A stretch of DNA of 64,000 nt from Octopus vulgaris (lineage: Eukaryota), in the NCBI GenBank assembly GCA_951406725.2, contig OX597814.1, forward strand, positions 219,976,001 to 220,040,000, read 5' to 3'. Below, piece after piece: positions 1 through 11,954 of the stretch. The notes under the pieces were generated by a model. The model was not told the DNA's origin, did no database searches, and was given only the letters and a program-made list of their open reading frames with translations. A program made the translations under genes and the position numbers. Positions within the stretch are counted from its first letter, which is position 1; every line of letters begins with the position of its first letter.

Positions 1-571
1 TATAATGATGTTCCTGTTTCCACAACTCAGCACTGAATTTGTCTGAAATGTAATAGAAAATAGATTGGTTTCAAAAGATTGATGTCCAGATCACAAAAGC
101 AAAGTTTGAAGGGAGTAGTAGTTATTTCCTTTGATTTCTAGATAGAAACAAATAGGACACAACACTGACCAAAGAAGCAAAAATTCAAATTTTGTTTCAA
201 AATGTAATTAATCCAGACTAATATTGCTTTTGTTACATTTATAACCCTCCCCCAAAATTTCAGGCCTTGTGCCTATAGCAGAAAAGATTATTATTATTAT
301 TATTGAGTAGAGAGAATCGTTAGCGCATCAGAAAAATGCCTTGCGGTAATTCTTTCAACTCTTTACATTCTGAGTTCAAATCCTGTCAAAATCAACATTG
401 CTGTTCGCCCTTTTGTGGTTGATATATCTAACCCCTCCCCTCAAAACTGCTAACCATATGCCCTAAATTAGAAATTAATGATATGCTGGATCAAGCCAGT
501 TGAATGTTTATTATACAATAATAACTTCAGATACCTGAGCTGTATTACAGAAAAAGCATTTAAATAAATCT

Positions 572-629
572 AGGTGCCCCAGCATGGCCACAGCTCATAA
601 GCTGAAACTAGAATCAATCAATCAATCAA
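572..629 (+). mobile_element. 5'-truncated 3' end of CR1-type LINE with (ATCA)n tail
   Basis: ggtgccccagcatggccacagctcataagctgaaactaga(atca)n matches the 3' end of the RT-bearing LINE at 23598-25333 and 27456-28236. Confidence 0.75.
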
Positions 630-1029
630 ACAATATAAAAAAGGAAAGAAACAAAGACAAATTTTTAGATTTGCGTTCTTGCCCCACCCACATAGACACA
701 CACCATTTAACTACATCATAACTCTTTGTTATGTAGCAGCTACAGAAGTAACTATTTCTACTCTTCCTTTATGTTTTTTTAAAATCCGGAAGCAGATGGT
801 TTCCTGTCTTACTCTGACAAATCAGGCTCTGTTGAACCTGAATGTAGCAGATGTTGTAATTGTCTTGATTTTACTTCACTTCTCTTTTCCTGGATAGAAC
901 GTAAATACAAGAATGTATTTAGGAAATAAACAAAGAAATGTTTATTAATTCTGTTTGTATAAGCTAATCAAATAAGCTTGGCCGACAGATGTCCAATCTG
1001 AATTATCAAATCAATTCAATTTTACCAGT

Positions 1030-1335
1030 GAATAAAAGTGAGCAGTGAGAGTGTTCCAGGAGGCTTCATCACTGAGATGAAAGAATTAGATGATCATGAA
1101 GTGGGGAGTAGTACGCAGTTAGAGAAGCACAAAGGTGGCTATGGGGTTGGGGATGTGCAACTATTTACTTCAGCCAAACTGGAGCTGTTCTTGTAGTAAA
1201 AATGGAAAAGAAACAGTATGTCTATGGGATAGTGATTGAACCCGGCTGGTGATTTAATTGTTGCCAATCAGTCGAACAATCATCCTTCTTCGATCAGAGA
1301 TGCTGGCATGTTTGCAGCTACGATGGAAACACCAC
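1030..1335 (-). mobile_element. Highly degenerate LINE 3' coding remnant (CR1/L2-like)
   Basis: Broken minus-strand translation resembles LINE C-terminal region; similar degenerate remnant on + at ~59540-59870. Confidence 0.3.
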
Positions 1336-1377
1336 AGCCCCATCAACATGAGCAGCGAACTGAAAAATTTTTTTTAT

Positions 1378-2237
1378 AAGCACCATCCGATCGTGGCCGT
1401 TTGCCAGCCTCATCTGGCACCTGTGTCGGTGGCACATAAAAACACCATCCGAGCGTGGCCGTCTGCCAGCCTCGTCTGGCACCTGTGTCGGTGGCACATA
1501 AAAAACACCATCCGAGCGTGGCCGTTTGCCAGCCTCATCTGGCACCTGTGTCGGTGGCACATAAAAACACCATCCGAGCGTGGCCGTCTGCCAGCCTCGT
1601 CTGGCACCTGTGTCGGTGGCACATAAAAAACACCATCCGAGCGTGGCCGTTTGCCAGCCTCATCTGGCACCTGTGTCGGTGGCACATAAAAACACCATCC
1701 GAGCGTGGCCGTCTGCCAGCCTCGTCTGGCACCTGTGTCGGTGGCACATAAAAAACACCATCCGAGCGTGGCCGTTTGCCAGCCTCATCTGGCACCTGTG
1801 TCGGTGGCACATAAAAACACCATCCGAGCGTGGCCGTTTGCCAGCCTCGTCTGGCACCTGTGTCGGTGGCACATAAAAACACCATCCGAGCGTGGCCGTC
1901 TGCCAGCCTCATCTGGCACCTGTGTCGGTGGCACATAAAAACACCATCCGAGCGTGGCCGTCTGCCAGCTCTGTCTGGCTCTGTGTCGGAGGCACGTAAA
2001 AGCACCATCCGTTCATGGCCGTTTGCCAGCTCTGTCTGGCACCTGTGCAGGTGGCACGTAAAAAGCACCCACTACACTCACGGAGTGGTTGGCGTTAGGA
2101 AGGGCATCCAGCTGTAGAAACACTGCCAGATCTGACTGGGCCTGACGAAGCCTTCCAGCTTCACAGACCCCCAGTTGAACCGTCCAACCCATGCTAGCAT
2201 GGAAAGCGGACGTTAAATGATGATGATGATGATGATG
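1378..2237 (+). mobile_element. SINE-like retroposon with internal 62/63-bp tandem array (~11 units) and (TGA)n tail
   Basis: Units caccatccgagcgtggccgt(t/c)tgccagcctc(a/g)tctggcacctgtgtcggtggcacataaaaa start at ~1381,1443,1506,1568,1631,1693,1756,1818,1880,1942,2003; followed by a conserved 3' domain (gttggcgttaggaagggcatccagctgtagaaa...ggacgttaaa(tga)n) repeated elsewhere in the window. Confidence 0.85.
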
Positions 2238-2753
2238 AAGAGGCCCTTTCTTTTGTTTTTTTTTCAAGATGCATTTTCGGCTATTTTATATATGTAGAGT
2301 TGCCGCAAAAGGTCATCAATCAATGAAAGGAAAACTTCTACATGGTTGCTTGACCTGTTAGAAATAGCTATTAAACCTCCCTCACACCACAATATACTGT
2401 CTTAAAGAAAAGACTGACTGGATAATGTAGCATTGGACACACTAGCCTAGCTAGTGAACATGGGCGTGGTTGAGGTGGGTCATGGGGGGGGGGGGGGTGC
2501 AGCCCATCCTGTGGAAAGCATTTAAGGGGTGGAACTTTAGGGTCTGCTGTATGTACAGACCTGTATAGGCTTAGGGACCTGGCAAGGAGGGCAGTAGACT
2601 TAAGGGCTGCCCTGAGAAGCACATACTCTAGTTATTCCACTGTTGGATATACAAAAAAGACAAGATAATCATTAGGTTCTCCACTTTCTGTCATCAGATC
2701 CTGAGAATCCAACAAAGTCTTTAACCAAAACATACACAAGTTAACATATGTTA

Positions 2754-3178
2754 GGCGCAGGAGTGGCTGTGTGGTAAGTAGCTTGCTTACCAACCATATG
2801 GTTCCGGGTTCAGTCCCACTGCGTGGCATCTTGGGCAAGTGTCTTCTGCTATAGCCCCGGGCCGACCAATGCCTTGTGAGTGGATTTGGTAGATGGAAAC
2901 TGAAAGAAGCCCGTCGTATATATGCATATATATATATATATATATGTGTATGTGTGTGCATATGTTTGTGTGTCTGTGTTTGTCTCCCTAGCATTGCTTG
3001 ACAACCGATGCTGGTGTGTTTGCGTCCCCGTCACTTAGCGGTTCGGCAAAATAGACCGATAGAATAATTACTGGGATTTACAAAGGAATAAGTCCCGGGG
3101 TCGATTTGATTCGACTAAAGGCGGTGCTCCAGCATGGCCGCAGTCAAATGACTGAAACGAGTAAAAGAGTAAAAGAGT
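2754..3178 (+). mobile_element. tRNA-derived SINE (CORE-like middle, internal TA/TG microsatellite, (GAGTAAAA)n tail)
   Basis: A-box-like gtggctgtgtggt, B-box-like ggttcagtccc, CORE-like cttgggcaagtg; near-identical copies at 18175, 19343, 35996, 37148. Confidence 0.85.
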
Positions 3179-4258
3179 ATATGTACCCAAACATGGGCTT
3201 AATGTTCAGACATCCACTCAAACACTCTCAAAAAAGCCCTAAACACATAACCCTTTAACCCCGCTGCATAGATTTTCACCCAAATGCTGTCTTGCAGCCA
3301 TTTCAGATTCGTTGGTGCCAAATGATGTAATGATAAATACTTTGCTCATTTGCCTCCCTCGACTTTGTTTACTCTTTTTTTTTCCAGTATCCTCAAACAG
3401 GATGTGAATTTTTTCACCTCCAATAACAGAGAGCAATCACCTTTCTTTATCCTACATGTCATCTCTGAAGTGGTCGTCACCATGTGATCATCTAACAACC
3501 AGTGCAAAATCGATCAGTAAGATCGATCTGAAATACATCTTTAATACTGTATACTTTGATTGATATATTCACTGCATTAACAAATATATGAGTGCGTTGT
3601 TTTCTGATGTACAGATTCTTCTATGACTATGTGTATGTGTGTGTGTTATGTCGATCTTTATTTGTCGAGTGGCTAAGTTACATTGACTACAGTTTTATTT
3701 TTAGAAAGTTATTACTCTTGAAACAATCGAAAAATCCCATAAATGCTGTTTCTATATAGTCTTTGTTTTCTACACACTACATGGTCATAGATGAGGGATG
3801 CGTCATTTACTTTTAGAGATGGCACATGCATCATCTATACTTTCTCAAGATTTTTATTAGTTGAGGTTACTGAAGTAAATTTACTGACTGCATGAATAAC
3901 CTCAAATGAAGTTTTTTTTCTCATTATATTAAATATGGAAAGTGTTACAGTGTGTGTATCCAGCCTTGGTTATACTGCCTTTTCAGACAAAAAACAAAAT
4001 GATTTATTCAGATTACGTTGTCTAATATTCCACTCTCACTCTTTTTAAGATGGTGAATGTGATTTGAGATTTCGCTGCTATATCTAGTGGGTCAAACGAA
4101 TATGTAGTGAGCTTGTCATTGTCTTGTAATGTTAACCTCATATTGCATGGTACAGTACAATGAATGATGTTATGGGAAACACTTTTAGTCAAGGAGGTAA
4201 GGCCCATGATCTTTTACAGGCCCCACTGGAGGAGGGAAAATGGTATTCTCAAACTGAA

Positions 4259-4479
4259 GGCGGCGAGCTGGCAGAATCGTTAGCATGTCGGGCGAAATGC
4301 TTAGCGGTATTTCGGCTGCCATTACGTTGTGAGTTCAAATTCCGCCAAGGTCGACTTTGCCTTTCATCCTTTCGGGGTCGATAAATTAAGTACCAGTTAT
4401 GCACTGGGGTCGATGTAATCGACTTAATACCTATGTTTGTCCCCTCTATGTTTAGCCCCTTGTGGGTAATAAAGAAATA
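4259..4479 (+). mobile_element. tRNA-derived SINE (second family) with 15-bp TSD
   Basis: ggcggcgagctggcagaatcg head, B-box gagttcaaattcc, aaagaaata tail; flanked by ggtattctcaaactg at 4242-4256 and 4480-4494. Confidence 0.9.
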
Positions 4480-4875
4480 GGTATTCTCAAACTGGAGACC
4501 TGCTCTGAATGTTTGCAATAGAGTATGCTCCAGTAGAAGTACCCAAAGCACCAGGTGCTGGTGTTAGACTAAATTTGTTGCTCAGCTCATCGCCCAAGAA
4601 AGCCATGGCAGGATTTGAACGTTCAGTGCAGAGTCAAAACAAATACTGGAAAGCATCTAGTTTGGTGTTCTTACCATGTTGCTAGTCTCTCATCCTGGAT
4701 TGGTACTTTACTTATTTAATTAGTTTGATTGATCTAGAAAGGTTGAAAGGCAAGTTGGTCTTGGTGGTACTTGAACTCAGTTTGGAGAGGAATTAAACAA
4801 AAATAATTTTTTCCCTCACTCTAACCAATTTACTGTCTAAAAACATTCATTGTATATTTCGAAACTGAAAGTATA

Positions 4876-5258
4876 TCTTTATATATAAAAGTGAGGTTGT
4901 GTGCTGTCTGTCTCCTACGATTTAGATTCCTAACTACTCCCACATTTTGCGGTGCAGTGTAACCAAAAGCGGGTATCTTATAGTCGTGATTCATATTGAG
5001 CCCTTCTGGGTATTGGCGCGCGTCTACGATTTAAAAAAAAATTTACCATCAATTTTTCCCATTTTTAATGCATTTTTGGTATATATAAGGGAAGTAACTC
5101 TCTAAAAATTTATTATTAAATCTCAGAACGTAAAAAGCTACAGTAACACCCCCTTTGTGGTTAGCCTTATTGAGATGGCTATTATACTTTACATGTCTAA
5201 AAACGCTTATATAGTTATTTCCCTTACAAACCCGAGCAACACCGGGCGATACTGCTTG
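4876..5258 (+). mobile_element. Non-autonomous Helitron
   Basis: A|TC 5' end (tctttatatataaaa), subterminal hairpin cccg...cggg, CTTG|T end (variant of CTAG); copies at 8257 and 52138. Confidence 0.8.
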
Positions 5259-5382
5259 TTGTTTATAACCAATCTTTGTTGAGGAAATTATAGCCTGTTT
5301 AATAATCCTGTATATTATTGGTACTTCCACTTCCACTACAGTGAAAGATAAAGAGGATTTTATTGGAAATGTCAGACTGCTA

Positions 5383-6260
5383 GGAGGTACCCAAAAGTAA
5401 CCGAAAACTTTCTCTGCGGGAGAGACCCATTGTAGTTCAGGTTTCCGCTGCTAGAAACCACTTGATGCAACCATCAGGCATTAGTCTGCCAACCAGCATC
5501 GTTTGCCGATGTCTTACTACTCCGTGATGTGTCTTTGTTTTGGAGTGCTTTTCTCCTGTTCATCGTTTTCACATTGTCTGAAATGAAGGAACAACGTGCT
5601 TCTGTAAAATTCTGTTTTCTGCTAGAAAAAACGACAGCTGAATCAGTTGTCATGTTTCAAACGACTTACAAGGATGTTGACATGAGCAAAACACATGTTT
5701 ATGAGTGGTTTCTATCTTTAGGAATCGTCACTTGTTGCTTGAAGCCCAACCTTGTTCAGAGCAACCGTCGATCTCTTGAACGGATGAAAACAACATGAAA
5801 ATTCATGAACTGGTCTTGGAAGACTGTCACTGAACAATTGACGAACTTGTGGATATAACTGGAGTTCCTGCCAACGAATTTTGAGTGAGGAATTGCAAAT
5901 GGAAAGAGTTACAGCAAAATTTGTGCCTCACTTGCTCACAGAAGATCAAAAGCAGTCACAACTGAATGCATGTCACGAACTGAAAGAACAGTTGTAAGTT
6001 CGAAGGTCATCACTAGTGACGAAAACTGATGCTATGGAATTTGTAGATGTGGAAGAGGCAAAGAAAAAAAAAATGACCGAGGCATTAAAAGGTATCACTT
6101 CACAAAAGTTCCAGCACTGCTTCAAATAGTGGAAAATGCACCTGGACTGATGCATTGTTTCAAATGGAGAATACTCTGCAGGTGATAAAAGTGTAAACAT
6201 GTAAAATTAAGTGAATAAGATAATATTGTAAAATTATGGTTTCTATTGGGTATCCCCTTG
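5383..6260 (+). mobile_element. Degenerate mariner transposon
   Basis: MKEQRASVKFCFLLEKTTAESVVMFQTTYKD..SKTHVYEWF HTH region and AKFVPHLL (WVPHEL-like) motif; imperfect TIRs gaggtacccaaaagtaacc / ggtttctattgggtatcccc. Confidence 0.8.
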
Positions 6261-7508
6261 TACATATTTTAATGCAGTTGACTGAGCACCTCACAAATCT
6301 GAGTCTAATTTCTTTAAATATCCTGATCACAAATAATCTCTATATATGAAACAAAGGATGTTTGTGTGTAATACATATGCATTTCTACAGTTTTCAACTG
6401 ATTTTCACCAAACTTAACACACACATTACTTATGTGCCAAGGATAGTCATGCACTATAACATTTCCCCCAGAGCTTCTGCGTAAAGCGAGAAACTGAGAA
6501 AAATGGTGCTTTACACTGTTTTTCTCTAAAAACTTCAGCAGTTTTCAACCGATTTTCTCCCTTTTCTTTCTGTTTATGTCTCTCTTCTCTCTCTTTTTCT
6601 CATTCTCTGTTTCTCTTACTTACACATATTCCCTCTCACCCTCTGTAATAGTTTCTCTCTTTTGGTCTATATCTATTTTTTACCTCCCCCATCTCTCTCT
6701 CTCTCTCTCTCTAATTCTAACTCACACCCTAACTTCTGTCTACAAATTGCCTTCTGTGTATGTCAATTAGTCATGCATAAAAATCTCTGTTGTTATAGTT
6801 TTTGTACGTTCTCCCTGGAAAACAATTTACTTATTTTAGATTTTTGTTCACCCAGCCAGTGTGTTTAAATTCAGTTTTGCAACAGATACCTAAAAATTGA
6901 CTTCATTGTACTTCAATTTTGTTGTGCATAAATATATTTTTCTTTATGGTATTTGTATGTTCTCCCTACAACATTATTTTACTTATTTTGAATTTTCTTG
7001 TACTTTGTCTATTTAAATACACTATTTACATTTCCTCCTCTATCGAAAATGTTGTGTGTATGGTTGTGCATGTGTGTGTATGACCGTTATGGGCCACATA
7101 TAGCCAATAAGCCTTTATAATTAACCAATGAGATTTGAACCATGCCTCTGAGCAGTCATGCATTAGAAAAAATCTATCCTAAAGTGGCTCAAATTTTTTC
7201 GCTCAAGCTATTTTCTTTCAGAGCTTTATAAACTGAACGGGGTTTGTAAGTTCTTTCTACAAATTGACTTCCTTGTCTATATATATATAAGATTCTTTGT
7301 CTGTCTGTTCCCTATGCATTCTCAAACAGCTTGACCAAATCAAATCAAATTTTACAAGACTCCGTGAATGTCAAATTTTATCAGACTCTGCGAGTGTCAA
7401 CATGTAATTTTTTTCATGTTGATTAAAACAACATAACATTGGCAGTGGTTTGGTATTATGTGTCAAAAGTTAAAGAATAAGATGTATATTGTAATGTCAT
7501 ATAATATT

Positions 7509-7745
7509 TTGTTGTGCCTGGGAAAGTCATTCTCTTTTAGTGCCTTATTGCCAACAACTGTTGAAAAGGTTGCAAGGCGCAACAAAAATTTTAGGAAAAT
7601 TAAACAAGTAAATGAGTGGAAACGTTACCGGTGAGTGTGTTAAATAATAAGGCACTAAAAGAGAAGGACTCTCCCCAGACACAACAAAATATGCTCAACA
7701 CACGAACTCACATAAAGAATTTTGCAAATCAAATCCCAAAACGAA
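7509..7745 (+). mobile_element. Short Penelope-like non-autonomous insertion with 5' inverted segment and 13-bp TSD
   Basis: gtcatataatatt at 7496-7508 and 7746-7758; ~7503-7547 is an inverted copy of ~7645-7692; degenerate hammerhead-like motif ttgaaaa-ggttgc..gcaac-aaaa; related copy at 25448-25695. Confidence 0.6.
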
Positions 7746-8256
7746 GTCATATAATATTGTTTCACTTTTATTCTTTCACTTTCTATTCTACTGTGATAAA
7801 TAAATGAATGATTTATATCCTAATGTGAACAACATTATGCATTGGCAACTTTCCATCTTTACTGCCATGACAGCTGAATGATGGGTCAGTGTGTGTGTGT
7901 AGACTGACATAACAAACGGCTGGAAGTGAAACTTTTGACCAAAAACAATTAGGTTACAGGTCCATTTACCGTTCAATTACCGGTTCATAATCATCGCAGC
8001 AGTTGCAAGGTATTTACAATTACATATTTACCCTTAAATTAATGAAGTCTCAATAGAGAAGGGAGATGAGACTTTCTGGAGATCAACAAACCCTACCCTA
8101 ACCCCACCCCCAATTTTCCATGACAAGTTAGGGCTTGGAATATTCCAAAGGGACACATGGCATATCGCTTAGTGAAATTAGTCCATTACTTACTCCACAA
8201 ATGTTTTGTTGTCAAAGTTGCACTTTCCCTTATCACCTGTTTCAACATAATTGTAA

Positions 8257-8652
8257 TCTTTATATATAAAAGAGAGGTTGTGTGGTGTCTGTCTCCTACG
8301 ATTTAGATTCCAAACTACTCCCACATTTTGCGGTGCAGTTTAACCAAAACCGGGTATCTTATAGTCGTGATTCATATCGAGCCCTTCTGGGTATTAGCGC
8401 GCGTCTATGCTTAGTCTACGATTTAAAAAAATATTTACCATCAATTTTTCCCATTTTTAATGCATTTTTGGCATATATAAGGGAAGTAACTCTCTAAAAA
8501 TTTAGTATTAAATTTCAGAACGTAAAAAGCTACAGTAACCCCCCCCCTTTGTGGTTAGCCATATTGAGATGGCTATTATACTTTACATCTCTAATAATGC
8601 TTATATAGTTATTTCCCTTACAAACCCGAGCAACACCGGGCGATACTGCTAG
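8257..8652 (+). mobile_element. Non-autonomous Helitron
   Basis: A|TC start, cccgagcaacaccggg hairpin, CTAG|T end; same family as 4876-5258. Confidence 0.85.
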
Positions 8653-9623
8653 TATGATATATACAAACTATGCCATTTTAATCCTGAGCAATGCCAGGTA
8701 TCTCTGCTAGTATTAAATACTGATGATTTAGCTCATGACATGTATCTCTCATTGGAACTAGAAAAGTGGAAATAGTCCAAATATTATACAGAGATAAAGA
8801 TGCCTTCCGTTCACAATTTATGATTGTAAGTTTTGATCTTAAAAGATATAGAACTAACCACTCATGTTTTCTTTTTGTGTAGGTTGGGCACTTAAGGCAA
8901 GTGTCATCTACAATAGCACTGGGCCGACCAAACTCTTGTGAATGAATTTGATTGTTGGAAACTGAAACAAGCCGAGTCGTGTGTGTGTATGTTGTGTGCT
9001 ATGTGTATGTGCCTGCCACCGAGTGAGGTTGTATTTTCCTAATGTTTGTTGGCTTGTAAACAATTGCTTCCTAACAATGTTGTCCTCATACTGCCCATGA
9101 AAGCATGGTCAGGTATCTTGACGTGTCTTCACAGGTGTGATATTGATAAACAAAAAGCTCCTTCAAACGATGTCTTTTGTTTCCAGTTCATCGCATGCAA
9201 AAGAGTTCTGAATGTTTGTTTTTCAATAGACTGCCAGATTATCACTTCATTTGGAAACAAGTTGAGATTGGCGACTGGAATGGCATCTGACTGTGGAAGA
9301 ACTCTAACCCAACATACTCTTGTCTGACCCAAGCAAGCAAGGAAAAATAAATGTTAAGCCAATGATGATGATGATGTTGGCCATAGAAAAATATGAATTC
9401 AGACAATTAATTTACTCAATTTAGTATGTAAATAGACATTTGATTTAAAGATATTCTTGACAGTTGAAAGATGAAGTTGACCTGAGTTTGAAAATGGAAT
9501 AGAGAGCCAAAAACGGAAAAATATTTTTTAGTCCAACACTCTACCCTTCACCACCTTGTTACACATTAATTTGAAATGTATACAAACAGATTCCTCCATA
9601 TATTCTGGAATTTACAACTTTTA

Positions 9624-9816
9624 TTGGCACCTGTGTCGGTGGCACATAAAATCACCCACTACACTCTCGGAGTGGTTGGCGTTAGGAAAGGCATCCAGCT
9701 GTAGAAACACTGCCAGATCTGACTGGCCTGGTGCAGCCTTCGGGCTTGCCAGACCCCAGTTGAACCATCCAACCCATGCTAGCATGGAAAGCGGACGTTA
9801 AACAATGATGATGATG
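9624..9816 (+). mobile_element. 5'-truncated copy of the tandem-array SINE-like family
   Basis: Shares 3' domain and (TGA)n tail with 1378-2237. Confidence 0.8.
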
Positions 9817-9927
9817 AATGTTTTATTGTAATTATTTCTACTACATATTTTATTGTGTGTGTATTATTATAAAAAACAAAAAAAATTCTTGCTAATTTTT
9901 TTAATATCAATTTTCTTACTTTTTCAG

Positions 9928-10887
9928 ATGATGGTCATAAAACACATCTTCAGTTACTGCCACCGACTAAAGATTTTTGCTTTACTTTTTATAATACTTA
10001 TTGTTGGTGTCATCTTTCTAAATACGAATATATTTCCAGAAAATGTAAAGCTTATTCATGCTTACAAAGACATGCAGCAGATACCCCAACGCCAGTTTTG
10101 TACTATATTTACTTCATGGACGACAAGAAAAGATAAAGCAACTGTACACAATAACACTTTGCATTTATGGACACAGTTGATACCTGATATTCAACCAGTT
10201 TTGTTTACAAATGAATCAGTTCTTGCTCAGAAAGCTCTTGCTTATGGCTGGAAAGTACTACCAATTTCACATGCTGCTTGTGGAAATTTACCTGTGCTAA
10301 AGAGCATGTTTTTGGATGTTCAGCGCAATTTTCCGTCCCAAGTTTATGGTTATGCCAATTCAGATATTCTCTTTGATTCTACACTTAATACCACTCTACG
10401 TTCAATCTTAAAGCACAAACAATTTTACCAAAACCACAGTTTTCTCATAACTGGCCGTAGAACGAATGTTAATTTTCATAATCTAACTGTAAAAAGTGTC
10501 AGAAATCTATCCACGATTGCATCAAAAGGGTCTTTAGCAAGAATATGGGGCGAAGACTATTTTTTTACAGGAAATCGTTTTCCCTGGAGTAAATTTCCTA
10601 ACATGGTTATTGGACGGGTCGCCTTTGATAATTATATCGTCATGTTTGGAAACAGAAACAAAGCATATGTTATTGATCCTACGTCTAACCTATTAGCAGT
10701 CCACCAAACCACCAGTGATGGTAACCTAGCTAGTTCCAAACGACCAAATGCAAAATGTAATACCAAGTTGATTCAACCGCAAAAATATAGACAGGGTTAC
10801 GCAGACTGTATACCACTGGAAACAAGACATGATTTCCAAGGTATAATTCAAATAATCAAACGCAAAACACCTTCACTTTGTCACTGA
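9928..10887 (+). CDS. Type II membrane glycosyltransferase-like protein (~319 aa), coding region in a single exon
   Basis: Uninterrupted 960-nt frame after polypyrimidine/ttttcag acceptor at 9927; N-terminal TM helix (IFALLFIILIVGVIFL); motifs YGYANSDILF, GRRTN, EDYFF, IGRVAFDN; AATAAA at ~11006; no transposon motifs. Confidence 0.8.
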   Translation: MMVIKHIFSYCHRLKIFALLFIILIVGVIFLNTNIFPENVKLIHAYKDMQQIPQRQFCTIFTSWTTRKDKATVHNNTLHLWTQLIPDIQPVLFTNESVLAQKALAYGWKVLPISHAACGNLPVLKSMFLDVQRNFPSQVYGYANSDILFDSTLNTTLRSILKHKQFYQNHSFLITGRRTNVNFHNLTVKSVRNLSTIASKGSLARIWGEDYFFTGNRFPWSKFPNMVIGRVAFDNYIVMFGNRNKAYVIDPTSNLLAVHQTTSDGNLASSKRPNAKCNTKLIQPQKYRQGYADCIPLETRHDFQGIIQIIKRKTPSLCH

Positions 10888-11589
10888 CAATTATAAATAT
10901 TTTGGAATGTTTTATTGAAGGTATTTAAATATTTAACATATGTGATTTTCTCAGACATATCATCAGGCATTTTAAGAATAGAACTAACGTCAGTGTTTTT
11001 CATAAAATAAAAGTCAATCAAATCACTTTTTGACATTTACAACAACTGTTCAACAGCCATCTTACCCACACAGAATTTGCTATAATCACTGAATCATATA
11101 CTGAACAAACATACTTATATATATATATATATATATATATATTGAAATAAAGCCATTTTTTTTTTGACACACACACACACACACACACACACTGCTAGCA
11201 AATAAATGTTCATGAATCTCACTCCAACTTCGGAGAGAAAAAAAAAAGAAAGAAACATTTGGTAATTTTTATCCTGGATACTCGCCATATCTCTAAACAT
11301 GGAATGCCATGACTGGATTGCTTTTCATCCATTGGTCAGCTGGAGCTATGCAACAAAAAAATCACATGAGCAGGTGAATAAGCTAGAAAAGAGATTGGTG
11401 GTGCATCTATGTTATGTTTTCATATATTTTTGTGAATACAGATCAAATGTTATTTATGTTTATTATGAAATAATTTATTTTAAATAAAGTGAAATAGCTT
11501 TGTGTATTTTCTTTTTGAGATTTTAATGTTTCAGATATAATCAATGCTCTCCAACATCGAGATTAGGCATTTTAACAAATGAACAAATG

Positions 11590-11737
11590 TTGGCGTTAGG
11601 AAGGGCATCCAGCCGTAGAAACATTGCCAGATCAAACTGGGCCTGGTGCAGCCTTCTTGCTTCCCAGACCCCAGTCGAACCGTCCAACCCATGCTAGCAT
11701 GGAAAGCGGATGCTAAACGATGATGATGATGATGATG
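11590..11737 (+). mobile_element. 5'-truncated tandem-array SINE-like copy
   Basis: 3' domain plus (TGA)n tail; imperfect flanking repeat caaatgtt. Confidence 0.75.
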
Positions 11738-11954
11738 AACCAAATGTTTTTTTTGTGTTTTTATCGTTACACACACACACACACACACACACTCAGCTAC
11801 AAAACAGTGTATGAGTTATAGTATTTAGTTAGGTACAGTTATGTTCTGATTACATAAACTGCCATCGTTTTATCAAAATTAACATGATTATATTAAAACA
11901 TATGCAGATGTCCTGACATGAAATAATAGATCTTGGTTGATTTTAACAATGAGT

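Larger units (their letters stand above)
6337..8710 (+). mobile_element. Older Helitron-like region hosting nested insertions
   Basis: TC-TATATAT-type starts at 6337 and 7276; 3' hairpin cctgagcaatgccagg plus CTAG|T at 8707-8711; internal boundaries uncertain. Confidence 0.45.

Noticed and set aside
1378-2070. CRISPR-like array (also 14070-14330, 58580-58870)
   Set aside because: Units are near-identical with no unique spacers, are part of a dispersed retroposon, have no cas genes, and the context is eukaryotic
1258-2267. Protein-coding ORFs in the tandem-array repeats (also 11888-12269, 13878-14525, 58370-58996)
   Set aside because: Open on several frames and both strands because of repeat composition; no domain signal
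9853-9927. N-terminal extension of the 344-aa ORF
   Set aside because: Non-ATG start and T-rich polypyrimidine tract ending in a splice acceptor; treated as intron
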